Source: Eledone cirrhosa
Lineage: Eukaryota
Length of the DNA stretch: 64,000 bases
Direction: 5' to 3'
Assembly: GCA_964016885.1 (NCBI GenBank)
Contig: OZ024740.1
Location: forward strand, 392,336,001 to 392,400,000
This document shows positions 1 to 11,763 of the stretch, in pieces. Position 1 is the first letter of the stretch. Each line of letters opens with the position of its first letter. The notes beneath the pieces were generated by a model. It ran no database searches. It saw nothing but the letters and a program-made list of their open reading frames with translations, and was not told the origin of the DNA. The position numbers were made by a program, and so were the translations under genes.

Positions 1-88
1 TGATAACTCAGCAATAAATTGTGAGATATTAGTAATGAAATAGTTTTGAGCTGGTTTGCAACAACAAATAAAGCTATTTGGATGTAAA

Positions 89-213
89 CTAATCTTTTCT
101 AGACTTATCACGTCTTCGTTTGGAAGCATCTTGTGAACTGGAATTTTCATTGGCATACAGCTCACGTATGAAACCAAATCGTTGTAAGAAGAAGCGCCAA
201 ACCAAATACCAGC
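89..213 (-). CDS. SMIM13: SMIM13-like, coding exon 2 (G-WYLVWRFFLQRFGFIRELYANENSSSQDASKRRRDKSRKD*)
   Basis: Polypyrimidine tract + CAG acceptor. GWYLVWRFFLQRFGFIREL resembles the recalled human SMIM13 motif GWYFVWHLFLSKFKFLREL. TAG stop at 89-91; spliced CDS 207 nt = 68 aa. Confidence 0.88.
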
Positions 214-639
214 CTGTGAAGAAAATTGGAAAAAAAAAAAAAAATATTTTAGTTACAACATAAAAAGGTACCAAATACTGTGTGTATACCCCAATGTAAA
301 AGACCACAAAATAGTTGTTCACTATAAATAGTGAGTAAATCGGGTAAAGCACCTCTGGAGACAAAAAAAGTGGACAGTGGCACCTGTGAGGAATCAATTA
401 CACAAGTCTTGCATGCCAGTGAGTGCATTAACCACTCAACTCCCATCTATTTAGAAAATTTTAAGCCTGTAACTAAAATGGCTGACTTAAGAAGCATTAG
501 AACTGTCTCCAAGAGTGCTTTACCTGATTTTCCCCAACTGTTTAAAAATGATTCAAATGTTCCTAAAGTTTTTGAAGTCAACAGTTATTTATATATATGA
601 TATATGAGTGCGTGTGTATATATGTATATAGTGTGTGTG

Positions 640-840
640 TGTGTATGTGAATTTCCTTTATCTAAAGATATACAGTACATTTAATAAATAAACATTTTAA
701 AAGTCCAACTATATTGAAAGGTTGACAGCTAGTGCCATCTAGCGGATTCCAGCAGAAGCACTGGGAGACAACTGTCTATGCACATTTTGAGTTTCTGGCT
801 TCCATTAGGACAGTGCTTCCCAGCTCTCTGCTGGAACTTA
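640..840 (-). mobile_element. Decayed Penelope-like terminal repeat with degenerate hammerhead (771-814)
   Basis: Reverse complement of 41615-41830; stem I ACTGTC/GACAGT intact, core decayed (CTAATGG...AAAA). Confidence 0.6.
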
Positions 841-959
841 AAAACAAGCGAAAATACATATTTTGTTTTGTGTGTTAGGTGAGTTGATTAGCCTTATTTG
901 CAAATGAAACTGTATAAGAAGGTTCAATTTAAAAGTAGAATTAAAATTTAGCTTCAGCA

Positions 960-2330
960 GGTGTTCTCTGGCCGTCTTGCGTGTGCCGGGCGGCTTGGAT
1001 CTCTGGAAAGGCACCTAAGCAGTGGCAATCGGGGGGTGATAATCACAATTTTCAAAAAGGGAGACAAGAGAGATTGTTCCAATTATAGAGGAATCTCCTT
1101 GTTAAGCCTCTCCGGTAATTATCTGGCAAAGAGATGTAGGGAGATTGTCGAGTCCAAGTGGTTTTCACCCTGCAAGCTAAGCAAATATTTACACTGCGGC
1201 AGGTCTTCGAGAAATCGTGGGAGTATTGCAAAGAGTTATATTCTTGTTTTGTAGACCTTGAAAAGGCACATGGTCACATTCCTCAGGACCTGCTGTGGAA
1301 AGTTCTGCAGGAGTATGGGATTGATGGCCAGCTTCTTGTTGCCCTGATGTGTCTATACAAATATTGGAGTATTTGTGTTCGGATAAATGGTGCTAAATCG
1401 AAACCATCCAATGTGGGAGTTGGACTCCACCAAGGGTGCATATTATTACCTATCCTGTTCATTATTTTCATGAACATGATTGACATTCGCAGCTGGGTTG
1501 GAAGTGGTATCATAACTGGCAAGTGTAAAATCAGTCAGCTGGAGCTAGCATATGACATGGTGTTACTTAACTTGACAAAACGTGATCCCTGTCTTGCATT
1601 CGATAGGTTTGATGCTAAGTGGTGCTTGGCTGGAATGAAAAATCAATGCTGCGAAAACTGAGACACTCTTCCTCTCAAGGAAGCCTGCACAGTGCACTCT
1701 ACATGTGAATGAAGTTCCACTGAAGCAAGTAGAGAAGTTCAAGTATCTCAGGGTCGTGTTCATGAGTGATGGAAGTCAGGAGGCTGAAGCAAGTACAAGA
1801 ATTGCAAAAGCTGGTGCAGTAATGTGCCAGCATCAGCATTCAGAAGGGAAGTAGGTGTAAAAGTTAAACTTGCTATCTTCAATTCAGTATTTGTGCCAAC
1901 CCTTACCTATGGTCATGAATCTTGGGTAATGACTGAAATAATACAATTGCAAATACAAGCGGCCAAAATGGGGTTCCTCTGAACGGTCTTTAAGGTAATG
2001 TTACTCAATAGAGTGCGTAGCTCAGAGAGTCACTCTCTAGGTAGTGCTGCTACCTCTCCGAATTGAGAGATCACAGCTCCAATACTATGGGCATGTGGTT
2101 AGAATGTCTCAGGAAAGAATCACTGGACAGATTTTATGGGCCAAACCAACTGGCAGGAGATCCAGAGGTGGATCCTGAGTAAGATGGTTGGATAACACCC
2201 ATAAGCTCAGCTGGTCTCGCTTAGGGATCCAGAAGGATCATTTGGAGACGGTTGCTTTCGACAGGACTTGATGGAAGGAGTGTTTGAGGCTCTGCCCCCA
2301 CGACCCTCTCAGGAATAAGTGGGCATAGAA
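960..2330 (+). mobile_element. 5'-truncated decayed RTE-clade LINE (Rex3/Expander-like RT)
   Basis: IFKKGDKRDCSNYRGISLLS, CFVDLEKA, GLHQGCIL, LTYGHESWVMTE, frameshifted; a related 3' piece lies at about 6780-6960. Confidence 0.85.
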
Positions 2331-2821
2331 CGTCAGAGGTCATCCATCTGTGCTCATGATATAGTCAGAGTGTACTATGATTGATAGAATTAAAAGCTAC
2401 TGGGAAATCCACAAAGCAAATTATGGTTTACTGTTGGTAGTTTGAATATTGATCTACGAGGCTTTAGCCTTAAGGAAACATCCAGTTATAACATACAGAC
2501 CTATTGTATGAAGCTATTCCAGCCATAGTATCTTTTTTTCTGGAATAGTGTACACCTGACATTATCCTGGGTGTCTCTTTTTTACGATGGTAGGATGTGT
2601 TGTGACGGAGTTATGGCTGCTATTTCTAGCAGATTTAGCGATCGCATAACTGGCTCGTTAAGCAACTGTTTTCGGTATATATATGATCTCAAACTAGATC
2701 AAACTTGTACGAGAATGGGAGGAGATTAGTGATCCAGAGAAACACAGCGTTTTTATAACAATCAGCCCAACTTGTGTCGTGCACGTATATACTATTTAAT
2801 GAGGAATTTCAGACAGAAGCA

Positions 2822-3035
2822 TTTCAAATCCCGCCGAGGTTGACTTTGCCTTTCATCCTTACGAGGTCGATAAAATAAAGTACCGTAATGCACTGGGTAA
2901 TTGCTGGCCTTGTGCCAAAAGTAGAAACAATTATTAGTGTAGATGCTTTCATCCTTACGGGGTCGATAAAATAAAGTACCAGTAATGCACTGGGTTTTTG
3001 CTGGCCTTGTGCCTAAAGTAGAAACAATTATTATT
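2822..3035 (+). mobile_element. tRNA-derived SINE family A (Meta/MESC-like core), 3' part locally duplicated
   Basis: TTCAAATCC B-box remnant, GCCTTTCATCCTTACGAGGTCGATAAAATAAAGTACC core, GGCCTTGTGCCAAAAGTAGAAACAATT tail twice. Confidence 0.8.
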
Positions 3036-4289
3036 AGTGTAGATGAGATATGTGCAGAAGTGTTAAGGATATGGAAGCGGATAAACACTCCAAACTCCGC
3101 ACATATGGAAGATAATATACTGCCTATTATACATTTTTTTATCACAAATGATACACACGCACATACAAGTGTTCATGTGATTGTTGAAACTATAAGCATC
3201 AAACAAACGTGAAATCATTATCATATCTGAATTAATTAATCGGGACAACCAGGCAGCTTTTAAGCGACCTCTCGACTTGCTAGAAATATCAGCCAAATCT
3301 TCTTAAATCAGACCATAGGTTGGAAACTGTAGTTCTAGTTATATAAAAAGACGGGATGGTCACAGCTGGAATGCCTTAGATCACAAATCTAGTCGACCAG
3401 TGGGCTGTCCTGAGGCTAATAGCATTGATTAGAATGTACTGAAATAATAAAACAGAGAGTTAATAATAATTTACAGTAATTAGTTTCGTTCATTGTAGTT
3501 CTGAGTTCAAATTTGGCTACGGCCAACTTTATCTTTTTTTTTTATATTTAACTTTCCAAGATCGATAAATGGTTAGTTTTACACCGGAGTCATGTAATCA
3601 ACAATTTTATCCCGGCAATAATCGGCCACGTGCTTATTGAAATTTCAAATAGGTTAACTTTGGAATAATCGTTATCGAAATTGGAGTGTTTTTCTTCTAC
3701 TTTCAGAAATTGACAATTTCCCATCCCTTAACACAATAACACTGCAATATAACATTATACAGTGACGTGTGAGCTACATATGTATACACATATGCCACTT
3801 AATGGAGCATCTATCTAATCTAGGATTATAATAATAAATAATGATAACTAACATAACAACAATGATAATATTAATAAAACATTAGGACAACACTATTATA
3901 AAAAAGAAAATACTCGAAAACTACTAGAGAGAAAGGTTCGGGGACTGAAGAGAAAATGTGAAAAAAAAGTTTTGAAGTGATTCACCAATCGGTAGAGAAG
4001 TTTGCAGAAGCATTTCAATTGGAATTATAGAAATAACTATATTTCAAAGTAATTGAATAGTAAAACTAGTAGAGATTTAGTAAACATTATACAACATATC
4101 GAGAAAAATAATTCGTACCCGTTTTTGTTTGTAAAAGAAAAATAGAAATGGGACAAAAAAAGTAAACAAAATCACACGGGAGTAAGTATGAACTATCCCA
4201 ACTACCGAGGAAAATAATATAGAAATGAACTTTAAAGAATTATACAGAGAAATTATTTAACAAAATTCAGCCAAGAGTATTGAACTTAC

Positions 4290-4371
4290 CTAATAAAATA
4301 AATAACAATACTATGAAGAAACAAAAGATAAATACACAGACGGAAATGAAAGTTGTTTGTACAGCAGTCAT
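4290..4371 (-). CDS. SMIM13: Small integral membrane protein 13-like, coding exon 1 (MTAVQTTFISVCVFIFCFFIVLLFILL-G)
   Basis: ATG at 4371 (minus), 27 mostly hydrophobic codons, then G|GTAAGT donor (ACTTAC at 4284-4289 on +). Phase 1 joins exactly to exon 89-213. Not in the ORF track in this frame. Confidence 0.85.
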
Positions 4372-5059
4372 TGCGTCTTACTACATTTCTTTCTGCTGCT
4401 GACAGATTTTTTAACACATGGCAGCAATTACCGTTCGCAGAGAGATACGTAATATCAACTAAAATACCTAAAGGATTCAAAACTCATATATCATTTAAAA
4501 AACCTGATAAAAAATGTACAAATATTTTAAAACTTTTAAATATTGTTGTTCTTTTGGTCAAATAACTAATTCTATATCAATATAAAATAAACTTCATTGT
4601 TAACAATTGTGTGCTGAATTTCATTTTCCGCTATTAAATAAAGAAAACGAAACCGGGTTGTAGTTTCTTTTGATGTGTATATATTCAGGTCGTTAAAATA
4701 AAGTACCAGTAATGCTATGTGAAATTGCTGGCCTTGTGCCAAAAGTAGAAACAATTATTTTTACATACCTTTGTTGTACTTTAGACATGAACTTATTGAC
4801 TATTTAATTATATTTTAGAATTAAAAAATTATAAACATTTAATTTTATTTTCAAATTTGCATAGATAATAAACTCTTTAATATCATTTTTTAGCTAAAAT
4901 AATTTTTCAAAGTATTTATTTGATTTTCAAAATATATAACCAAAATTACTTTTCTAATTCTTGACAAATTAGTTGGGTGATGATGAATGAAACCGGAACG
5001 GGAATATTTTAAAATTGATCTGCTTGACTTTTATTTCTGTTTCCGGTTTATTATCTAAA
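4372..5059. promoter_or_regulatory. Putative bidirectional promoter / 5'UTRs between SMIM13 and PSMB5
   Basis: Divergent ATGs at 4371 and 5060; ETS-like CCGGAA (4993-4998) and TTCCGG (5041-5046); YY1-like AAAATGGCG overlapping the PSMB5 ATG (5057-5065). Confidence 0.6.
4688..4758 (+). mobile_element. SINE A 3' fragment inside the bidirectional promoter
   Basis: AAAATAAAGTACCAGTAATGC...GGCCTTGTGCCAAAAGTAGAAACAATT. Confidence 0.75.
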
Positions 5060-5203
5060 ATGGCGTTACTAGATATTTGTGGACTATCTTCCGACTTCGG
5101 CAAAGATCATTATTCATTCACTGGTGGATCATTTAGTTCGAATTCACTGGCTAATGATGTTCTTTATTCAGCAGACCATTTCACGATTCCCGAAAATTTT
5201 GAT
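5060..5203 (+). CDS. PSMB5: Proteasome subunit beta type-5, exon 1 (propeptide MALLDICGLSS...IPENFD)
   Basis: ATG in AAAATGG context, 48 codons, GTAAGC donor at 5204; phase 0 into exon 2. Confidence 0.85.
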
Positions 5204-5654
5204 GTAAGCTGAATTATTTTCTACTATTATCTTATTTACTTAAACGGCTCTAGTTTGAAGGAAAATGCTTCATCATGTTGGTTCTATTTACGAATACACA
5301 TATCTATTATGATGTATTGTTTTTGTTTCTATAGCCAACGTTATCTTTCTCGCGCTCTCTCTCTCTATATATATTTTTCGTGTACTACCTGCTAATTTTA
5401 CTTCCGAACATACTGCGAAAGACTTTTCATGTGCTACCAACTAATATATAATCATAGTATTTTTAGTTAGAATTAAATCTCGTTCATCAATGGTTTAATC
5501 AAAGCTATCGATTCTATTTATCATAGGCTATTAATTTGTTCATTGGAATTATGTTTTAGTGGTTTTATCCAAGAAGTGGATGAGATCGATGTAATTGATA
5601 TTCATCTTAAACAATTGAGAATTCCTTGTAGGATAATCGGTATTATTATAGAAT

Positions 5655-5820
5655 AGAGTGGTTCCCAAAGTGGGTTCACAGACGAGTGTCTAGGCTTCCG
5701 TGAAAAAAGTAAAGGAGTATATTTATATTACAACCATATAACAGTATTAGACTTTTGGGTTCCCCCAAAAGTTTCTGAATCAAAAAGGTTTCTGCTTTTG
5801 AAAAAGTTTGGGAAACCTTG
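5655..5820. mobile_element. Degenerate hAT/Charlie-like MITE
   Basis: AGTGGTTCCCAAAGTGGG ... AAAAGTTTGGGAAACC imperfect TIRs. Confidence 0.45.
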
Positions 5821-6457
5821 TTATAGAAAGACACCTCACCTATTTCAATGCAAATAATTTATTTTCTTCGGATTTTCCGTGTGCTATCAATTAAACATAC
5901 CTCCAAATATAGCCCTATGGAATTTTTCCTCGGTAAAGGGATGGGGAGACTGGCGACCCTCGATCACTACACATCCCTTCCCCGAGTTCTCTTTACCATT
6001 TCGTTTCCCTTGTTTTTGTTTTTTTCGTTTACTACCTGCTAATCTTACTTCCGAACATACTGTGAAAGACTTTTCATGTGCGACCAACTAATATTACATA
6101 CGAACATGCTGCAAAGGACTTTTTTTCCTTGGAAAACGGAGGAGGAAGAGAGTGGACCCTCAGACTTTTCACCCCCCCCCCCCCTTCCAGGAGTTTAAGG
6201 TTAGAAAAAACTGTGGGAGAGGGAAAAAGTTCTTTGCAGCAAGTTCGTATGTAATGTTAGTTGGTAGTACACGAAAAAAAAACATGGGAAAATGAAATGG
6301 TAAAGAAAAGTCCGGTATGTGTTGGGGAGTCCGAGGAGCCCCACTGTGAAAAAGTCCTTAGGACCATACTAGGAGATGAGTTTAATTGATAGTATACGAA
6401 AAAAACGAAGAAAAAAAATTATTTCCCACTAAAATTGGTGGTGGTGTCTTTCTATAA
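5821..6457. mobile_element. Non-autonomous TIR element with internal direct and inverted subrepeats
   Basis: TTATAGAAAGACACC (5821-5835) / GGTGTCTTTCTATAA (6443-6457); internal inverted repeat 6080-6125 vs 6223-6270; a 60-bp piece is also copied at about 5384-5447. Confidence 0.55.
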
Positions 6458-7179
6458 ATTTACTGGATAGTCTTCCGGAAGGGAAGGATTAAGTATGTTG
6501 GTTAATGCAGGTCTTCAGAACAGGATGACAGTTATTCTGATTGGCCTGAGTGGAGGTGACAAGAGATCAGTTACCTCCGAGATGCGGAGGCCACATTATT
6601 GGCGATGGAAAAGGTAGAGGATGCCGCACGTCTATGGTTTGGCGTTTACAGGATGTAGTGCAAAATGTCGTATGTTTAGCAGCAGCACTGTCTTAGATAT
6701 ATGAGTATTATTTCAACCATCACAGCTCTGATATTACGTCATGTGGTTAGCATATTTCATGAAATAATAGCTATACAGATTATACAGGCAAAACCAACCA
6801 GCAATAGACCCCGAGAAGATGGTTGGATTAAATCCATAAGCTTGGTTGGTCTCACTTGGGGATCCAGCTTGATCAATTGGAGATGGTTGCTTCTGACAGG
6901 ACCCACTGGAAGGAGTGTTTGACGACTGTCTCCACATCCCTTTCAGGAGGGCGAAGAAGAAGAATAAACTGGTTAGTGTCAGGAAGGGCATTCATTTGTA
7001 AAACAATGCCTCAAAAATCCCCTGATGAACCCATTCCAGATATAAAAATGATGATACACAACAATTTGAACGTGTCTATTTCTGTACACCCACATTCTGG
7101 TGGCTACTGCATGCTTAGGCGAGGTAAGAATTGGTCAGAGCATGGCAGTTAGTGCTCTTCTGGATTTAACGCTAGTAAT

Positions 7180-7516
7180 GGAGGCACATGGCTTAGTGGT
7201 TAGAGCATTGGCCTTGCAATCGAAAGGTTGTGAGTTCAATTCTCAGACCGGGTATGTGTTGTTTCCTTGAGCAAGACACTTTATTTCACATTGCTCCAGT
7301 TTACTCAAACTGTAGAAATGAGATGATAGGGACTGGGGTCCATATCATTCCACTGCAAAGTGGTCGTGGAGGTGCCACGGCAAAAAAGCACCCAGCACTC
7401 ACTGGAAATGAGGTTGGTGTTAGGAAGGGCATCCAGCTGTAGAAATCAAGCTAGCATCAGTTCCCGTCCCACCCTTGCAAGCAGGGAAAAAGCGGACGTA
7501 AAATGAAATGATGATG
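7180..7516 (+). mobile_element. tRNA-derived SINE family B (CORE-like centre, RTE-derived 3' tail)
   Basis: A box TGGCTTAGTGG, B box GAGTTCAATTC, TCCTTGAGCAAGACACTT centre; 3' part shared with the RTE 3'UTR (14900-15160); (ATG)n tail. Confidence 0.85.
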
Positions 7517-7704
7517 AATGTGCATTTCTGTATAGGGATTTGCGCCAGTAAACCTATTGATGTAATAGCAATTTTTGCAGGCATGTGTTTTTTGTTAGTT
7601 TGGGCTGGGAATGAACAGCTAAATATCATAAAACCAGGGATGGTTTGGTATTAAAAGGGTGGAAAATAATTCTTTAAATCTGTTTTATGGAAATTCTTTT
7701 ATAG

Positions 7705-7849
7705 CCTGTTGAACATTTGAAGCAGTTTACAGATGAAAAAAGTGATGTGAAGATTCACTTCAATCATGGAACTACTACTCTAGCTTTTAAGTTTCAACAT
7801 GGTGTCATTGTAGCTGTAGATTCCCGTGCTACAGCTGGTGCCTATATTG
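7705..7849 (+). CDS. PSMB5: PSMB5 exon 2 (PVEHLKQF...[29 protein letters not shown])
   Basis: TAG acceptor and GTTAGT donor; contains the HG|TTT autocleavage site, catalytic Thr1 and the DSR motif. Confidence 0.97.
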
Positions 7850-8814
7850 GTTAGTAGAAGAATAATTTTATAAGCTTTTCTTTTTTGCTTAATTACACTT
7901 TCATACTGAAATAATCATTAACTTACCTGACATCATTTGAGATATACTCTGCACCTAAAAGGAAGAGTGTAATTGCTTGATGACTGTCAGATTCTTGCAC
8001 ATTGTTAGGTGTTTTCACTTAGTCACCCCACTGCCTTGCACAACTCTAATGCAGTTAGTGTTGGTCCTTAGTTGGGGGTTTATTGATTAGGTTGGGTGTT
8101 ATTTATAGTTTAGACATTGTTTTTATGACTGGATGCTATTTTGGAGAGTGGCTGGTGAATGTTAATTTCTGGATTGGTGCAATACTTCTCCTTTTCTTCA
8201 AGAAGAGTGATAAGTGCTGTTATAGTAAATACAGGGGTATCAGTTTAATAGACATTGCAGCCGAGATATTTGCCATCATTTTAATATAAAGATATCAGCA
8301 CAAGCATGATCACTACACAATCAAATTGTTATTTTTATCAGGGTTAAAGCTGCATAAATCAAATTTCTACATTGAATTCGTCTGTGTGTATGCTTTTTCA
8401 TGCACGGATGAAAATCAATGTGGCCTAGAAAAGGATAGTATCTGCTGGCTTCTTAGTCTTTGAAAGGGTTTGTCATACTCATTGGTGAGATTTTGAAAGA
8501 AGTTGATTATCTTGGCACAAGCCTCATTGTTGCAGGTCTAGGTAAATATAAGATTATCTGAATAAGTATACATGAACCTTTTCAAGTCCTCTGGGTTTGG
8601 TAGGATGAAGTTATCCTTGAAGTGAAAACCTGTCCAAATGCTTGTAAGAATTGAACTTGGTTAAACTCATCCAAAGACCAGGCAGGTATTGAAAACATGA
8701 ATTAGTTTGATCTTGAATTCATATTTGGTCCTTGCATATATGGTGTTCATTGGAATCACAATCAGTTGACAAGCTCTATGTTGGATGTCTAATCTTTTAT
8801 TTGATATATCCTAG

Positions 8815-8976
<162 letters not shown>

Positions 8977-9528
8977 TAGCCTTTTTTTTATATTTTATTA
9001 ATTTTGCTTTTTACTATTTTAGTCACCTGATTAGATAATTCTGATAATTTGATCTTGTGAATACTCTTGGGCTGCAGCCATGCTGAGGCACTGCCATATC
9101 TATATGTTTTCACGTGTGAGCAGGTGTTTGTGTGTAAAATGGTGACAAAATCTGTAGTTTGTAGTGCAGGCTGAGTTCTAAGATGTGCCATTACTCGTGT
9201 ATCTGCAATTTTTGGTCAATAATTTTGAGCAGGATGGGCTTCATCAAATTGATGTATGGAATGGATCTCTGTTGGTTTTGACAATAAATGTTCTACTTAT
9301 ATATTATAAATGAAATGGAAACTGTTCATAACTATGTGTGTGTGAGAGACCAACTGGCTGCTGGTTCAAGGTACTCCATCATTGGCTACATGTTCATGAG
9401 TTCAAACTTTAGTATTACCATCAGTTATATTCTTGTGTTAATTAAATGAATTATTAATTACTTCCTGTAGATACAAAATTCATCTTTGTATCCATACAAA
9501 TGAAATTACTAAACTCTCTTTCTTGTAG

Positions 9529-9628
9529 GATCTATGAACTAAGGAACAAGGAACGTATATCTGTAGCTGCAGCATCCAAATTGCTTGCCAATATCTTGTA
9601 CAATTATAAAGGAATGGGTCTTTCTCTT
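9529..9628 (+). CDS. PSMB5: PSMB5 exon 4 ([33 protein letters not shown])
   Basis: TTGTAG acceptor, GTAAGT donor, canonical beta-5 sequence. Confidence 0.97.
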
Positions 9629-10203
9629 GTAAGTTTTTTAAAATAATTTTCTTTTAATCTTCATTTCCCACGTAGTGAGTAATTAAAATTAATGTATATT
9701 CAATTTTTCCTGTAAGGGCTTGTTCAGAATGGATGTCATGCTGGGTGAAAAGGGCCTGATCTCAATTTAAAATGCTTTAGTTAAAAATTCTTGTTATGTT
9801 GACCTCCAAGTCAACCTGATCCAGCAGAGCAATGATGAGAATCCTTCAAGCAATGACCATCCAACCTTTTTTTTCACTAATTAGAGTTCCATGGACTACA
9901 TTATTCAATGTACCTATTTATATAATAGTAAGGTGTGGAACATGTGGCAGTTCTTACTCTTCTTATCATCACTGCTCCTTACCAGTACTGTTTCTTGTTG
10001 GTCTATGGCAGCTTATTTTGAGTCCTAAAGCTGTTTATCCTTCTATCAGCTGAGGTTGTACCAAATCAGAGTTAGCTAGGTGGGCTTCTTAATAATACAG
10101 TATTAAAACCTAACATATAACTTAACTGCAGTTTTATGAAAGGTGCAAATTTGTATATTTATATATTTGTGAAGATTTTTTTAATCCTTTTTTTTTTTTA
10201 TAG

Positions 10204-10239
10204 GGTACCATGATTTGTGGATGGGACAAAAACAAAGAC
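10204..10239 (+). CDS. PSMB5: PSMB5 exon 5, 36-nt (GTMICGWDKNKD)
   Basis: Poly-T tract + TAG acceptor, GTATGT donor, conserved GTMICGWDK. Confidence 0.93.
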
Positions 10240-10564
10240 GTATGTATTAAACTTATTTATTTCTTGTAAATTTAAATGTATGTAGTTTGATAGTGTCAGC
10301 TTACTTCTTCATGGTTTTATACCTATTTTTGGCTCTGTTATGTTTTTAAAGTCTGTATTATCTTTCTAAACTATAAATGGGCACCGTCAGTATAACTTAT
10401 ATGCAAGTATACACACTATATAATCATCAGTTTACATCCATTTTTTTTCCATGGATTGGATGGGTCTTTGCCAACACACCCTCCCCATACTTGTATTTCC
10501 TTATTATGTATGTATAATATATATGTAAAAAACAGTGTGTCAAGCATGTTAAACATTTCAGATG

Positions 10565-10631
10565 TATTCATAACACATCTGATGAGTTAACTCTGTTTAT
10601 GTTTAACAAAACCATTGGTAATGCATGAATA
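10565..10631 (+). ncRNA. Degenerate type-I hammerhead ribozyme (G12 to A) in PSMB5 intron 5
   Basis: TATTCAT..CAT-CTGATGA-GTTAA..TTAAC-AAAA-CCATTGG-TA-ATG.ATGAATA; all three stems present but GAAA reads AAAA. Confidence 0.6.
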
Positions 10632-10733
10632 AGTGAAACTGTTAATACATATATTCAGCTTCCTCATTATGTGTTGATTGCTCCTTTCATTTGTTTGAAC
10701 TCATACCTATCATTATATATGTGTGGGTGTATG

Positions 10734-10768
<35 letters not shown>

Positions 10769-10770
<2 letters not shown>

Positions 10771-11120
10771 AGGTTTGTCCCAAAAGTAAGGGTATTGATT
10801 TTCCTATGTCCAACTTGGTAACACAGCATCTCGTTGACGTATATAGGCATATTGGTTATACCTTTGGCTGCACGTACATGCTTCTTTCAACATGATCAAT
10901 TGAGTCAGTGGTGAGTTATTGCTGTTTATTTACTGATGTGTTTATAACCTCTGTTATGTTTCCAATGCTGGAAAGTATCAAACAATGGTACATGATCAAA
11001 TTATGTGTGAAACTCAACCGAAAGTTTTATAATTCTTTATCACAAGCTTATGGAGATCCCACTCTCTAGTGAAGTAAGGTTTTTTTAAGTGGTACAAAGC
11101 ATTCAAAGAGGGCTGAGAAA
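10769..11120 (+). mobile_element. Mariner transposon 5' remnant
   Basis: Starts after (TA)n with CAAGGTTTGTCCCAAAAGTA; decayed HTH coding (MIKLCVKL...QAYGD...KWYKAFKEG). Confidence 0.65.
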
Positions 11121-11427
11121 ATGCTGGAGAGGTACTTAGCTAAGAGTAAGCCATTGTATTGAGCTTTTGTAGATATGGAGAAGGCCTTTGACAGGGTCCC
11201 ACATTCTGTAATCTGAGGGGCACTTAGGAAGATAGGTGTAGCTGAATGGCTTGTAAGGTGGTGCAACCAGCAAAGTGAGAATTGGTAATGAGTACAGTGA
11301 TGAATGTGAAGTGCAAGTAGAGTCCATCAGAGCTCAGTCTATTCTGTTTATCAATGTCCTTCAGGCCATGACTGAGGAGTTTAAAACTGGCATTCCTTGG
11401 GAACTCCTATTTGCTGATGACCTAGTC
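11120..11427 (+). mobile_element. Old RTE LINE RT fragment, left half (split by hAT)
   Basis: AFVDMEKAFDRVP...EEFKTGIPWELLFADDLV; the reading continues at 17184+ as LVLIAESIELEAKFQAWK. Confidence 0.85.
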
Positions 11428-11763
11428 CAGTGGTCGCCAACATGGGTTCTGTGGAACCTTGGGGTTCCGTAAAACAAACTCCGGGTTCCTTAAAAAAATA
11501 AATATTTACATTACCATTAATATTTTGGGTTTTCTGAAAAAGGTGCAAAGAAAATGCCAAAGGTGCAATGTATAAATGAACAAGTATTATTGTAGTGTAC
11601 ACAGGTTCTCCACTCCAATTCGTGGAAAACACTACTTTCAGTTTCTCACTTGAATTAGCAGAAAAACACTGTTCTGAGATTCGTGAAAATTGAATACTTT
11701 CAATTTCACATCTATTCTTGGAAAGACAAAGTTTTCTGAATTCCGAGAATTTGACTACTACTG

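Noticed and set aside
214-397. N-terminal part of track ORF 89..397
   Set aside because: Intron and polypyrimidine tract; the real first exon is 4290-4371.
3035-3125. GATGA-GATATGTGC...GCACATATG-GAAG hammerhead-like hairpin
   Set aside because: Core lacks CT and GAAA/NUH; too degenerate to call.
7180-7255. tRNA-like A/B boxes (also 35650-35736 and others)
   Set aside because: They continue into SINE cores and lack a proper cloverleaf; these are SINE heads, not tRNA genes.
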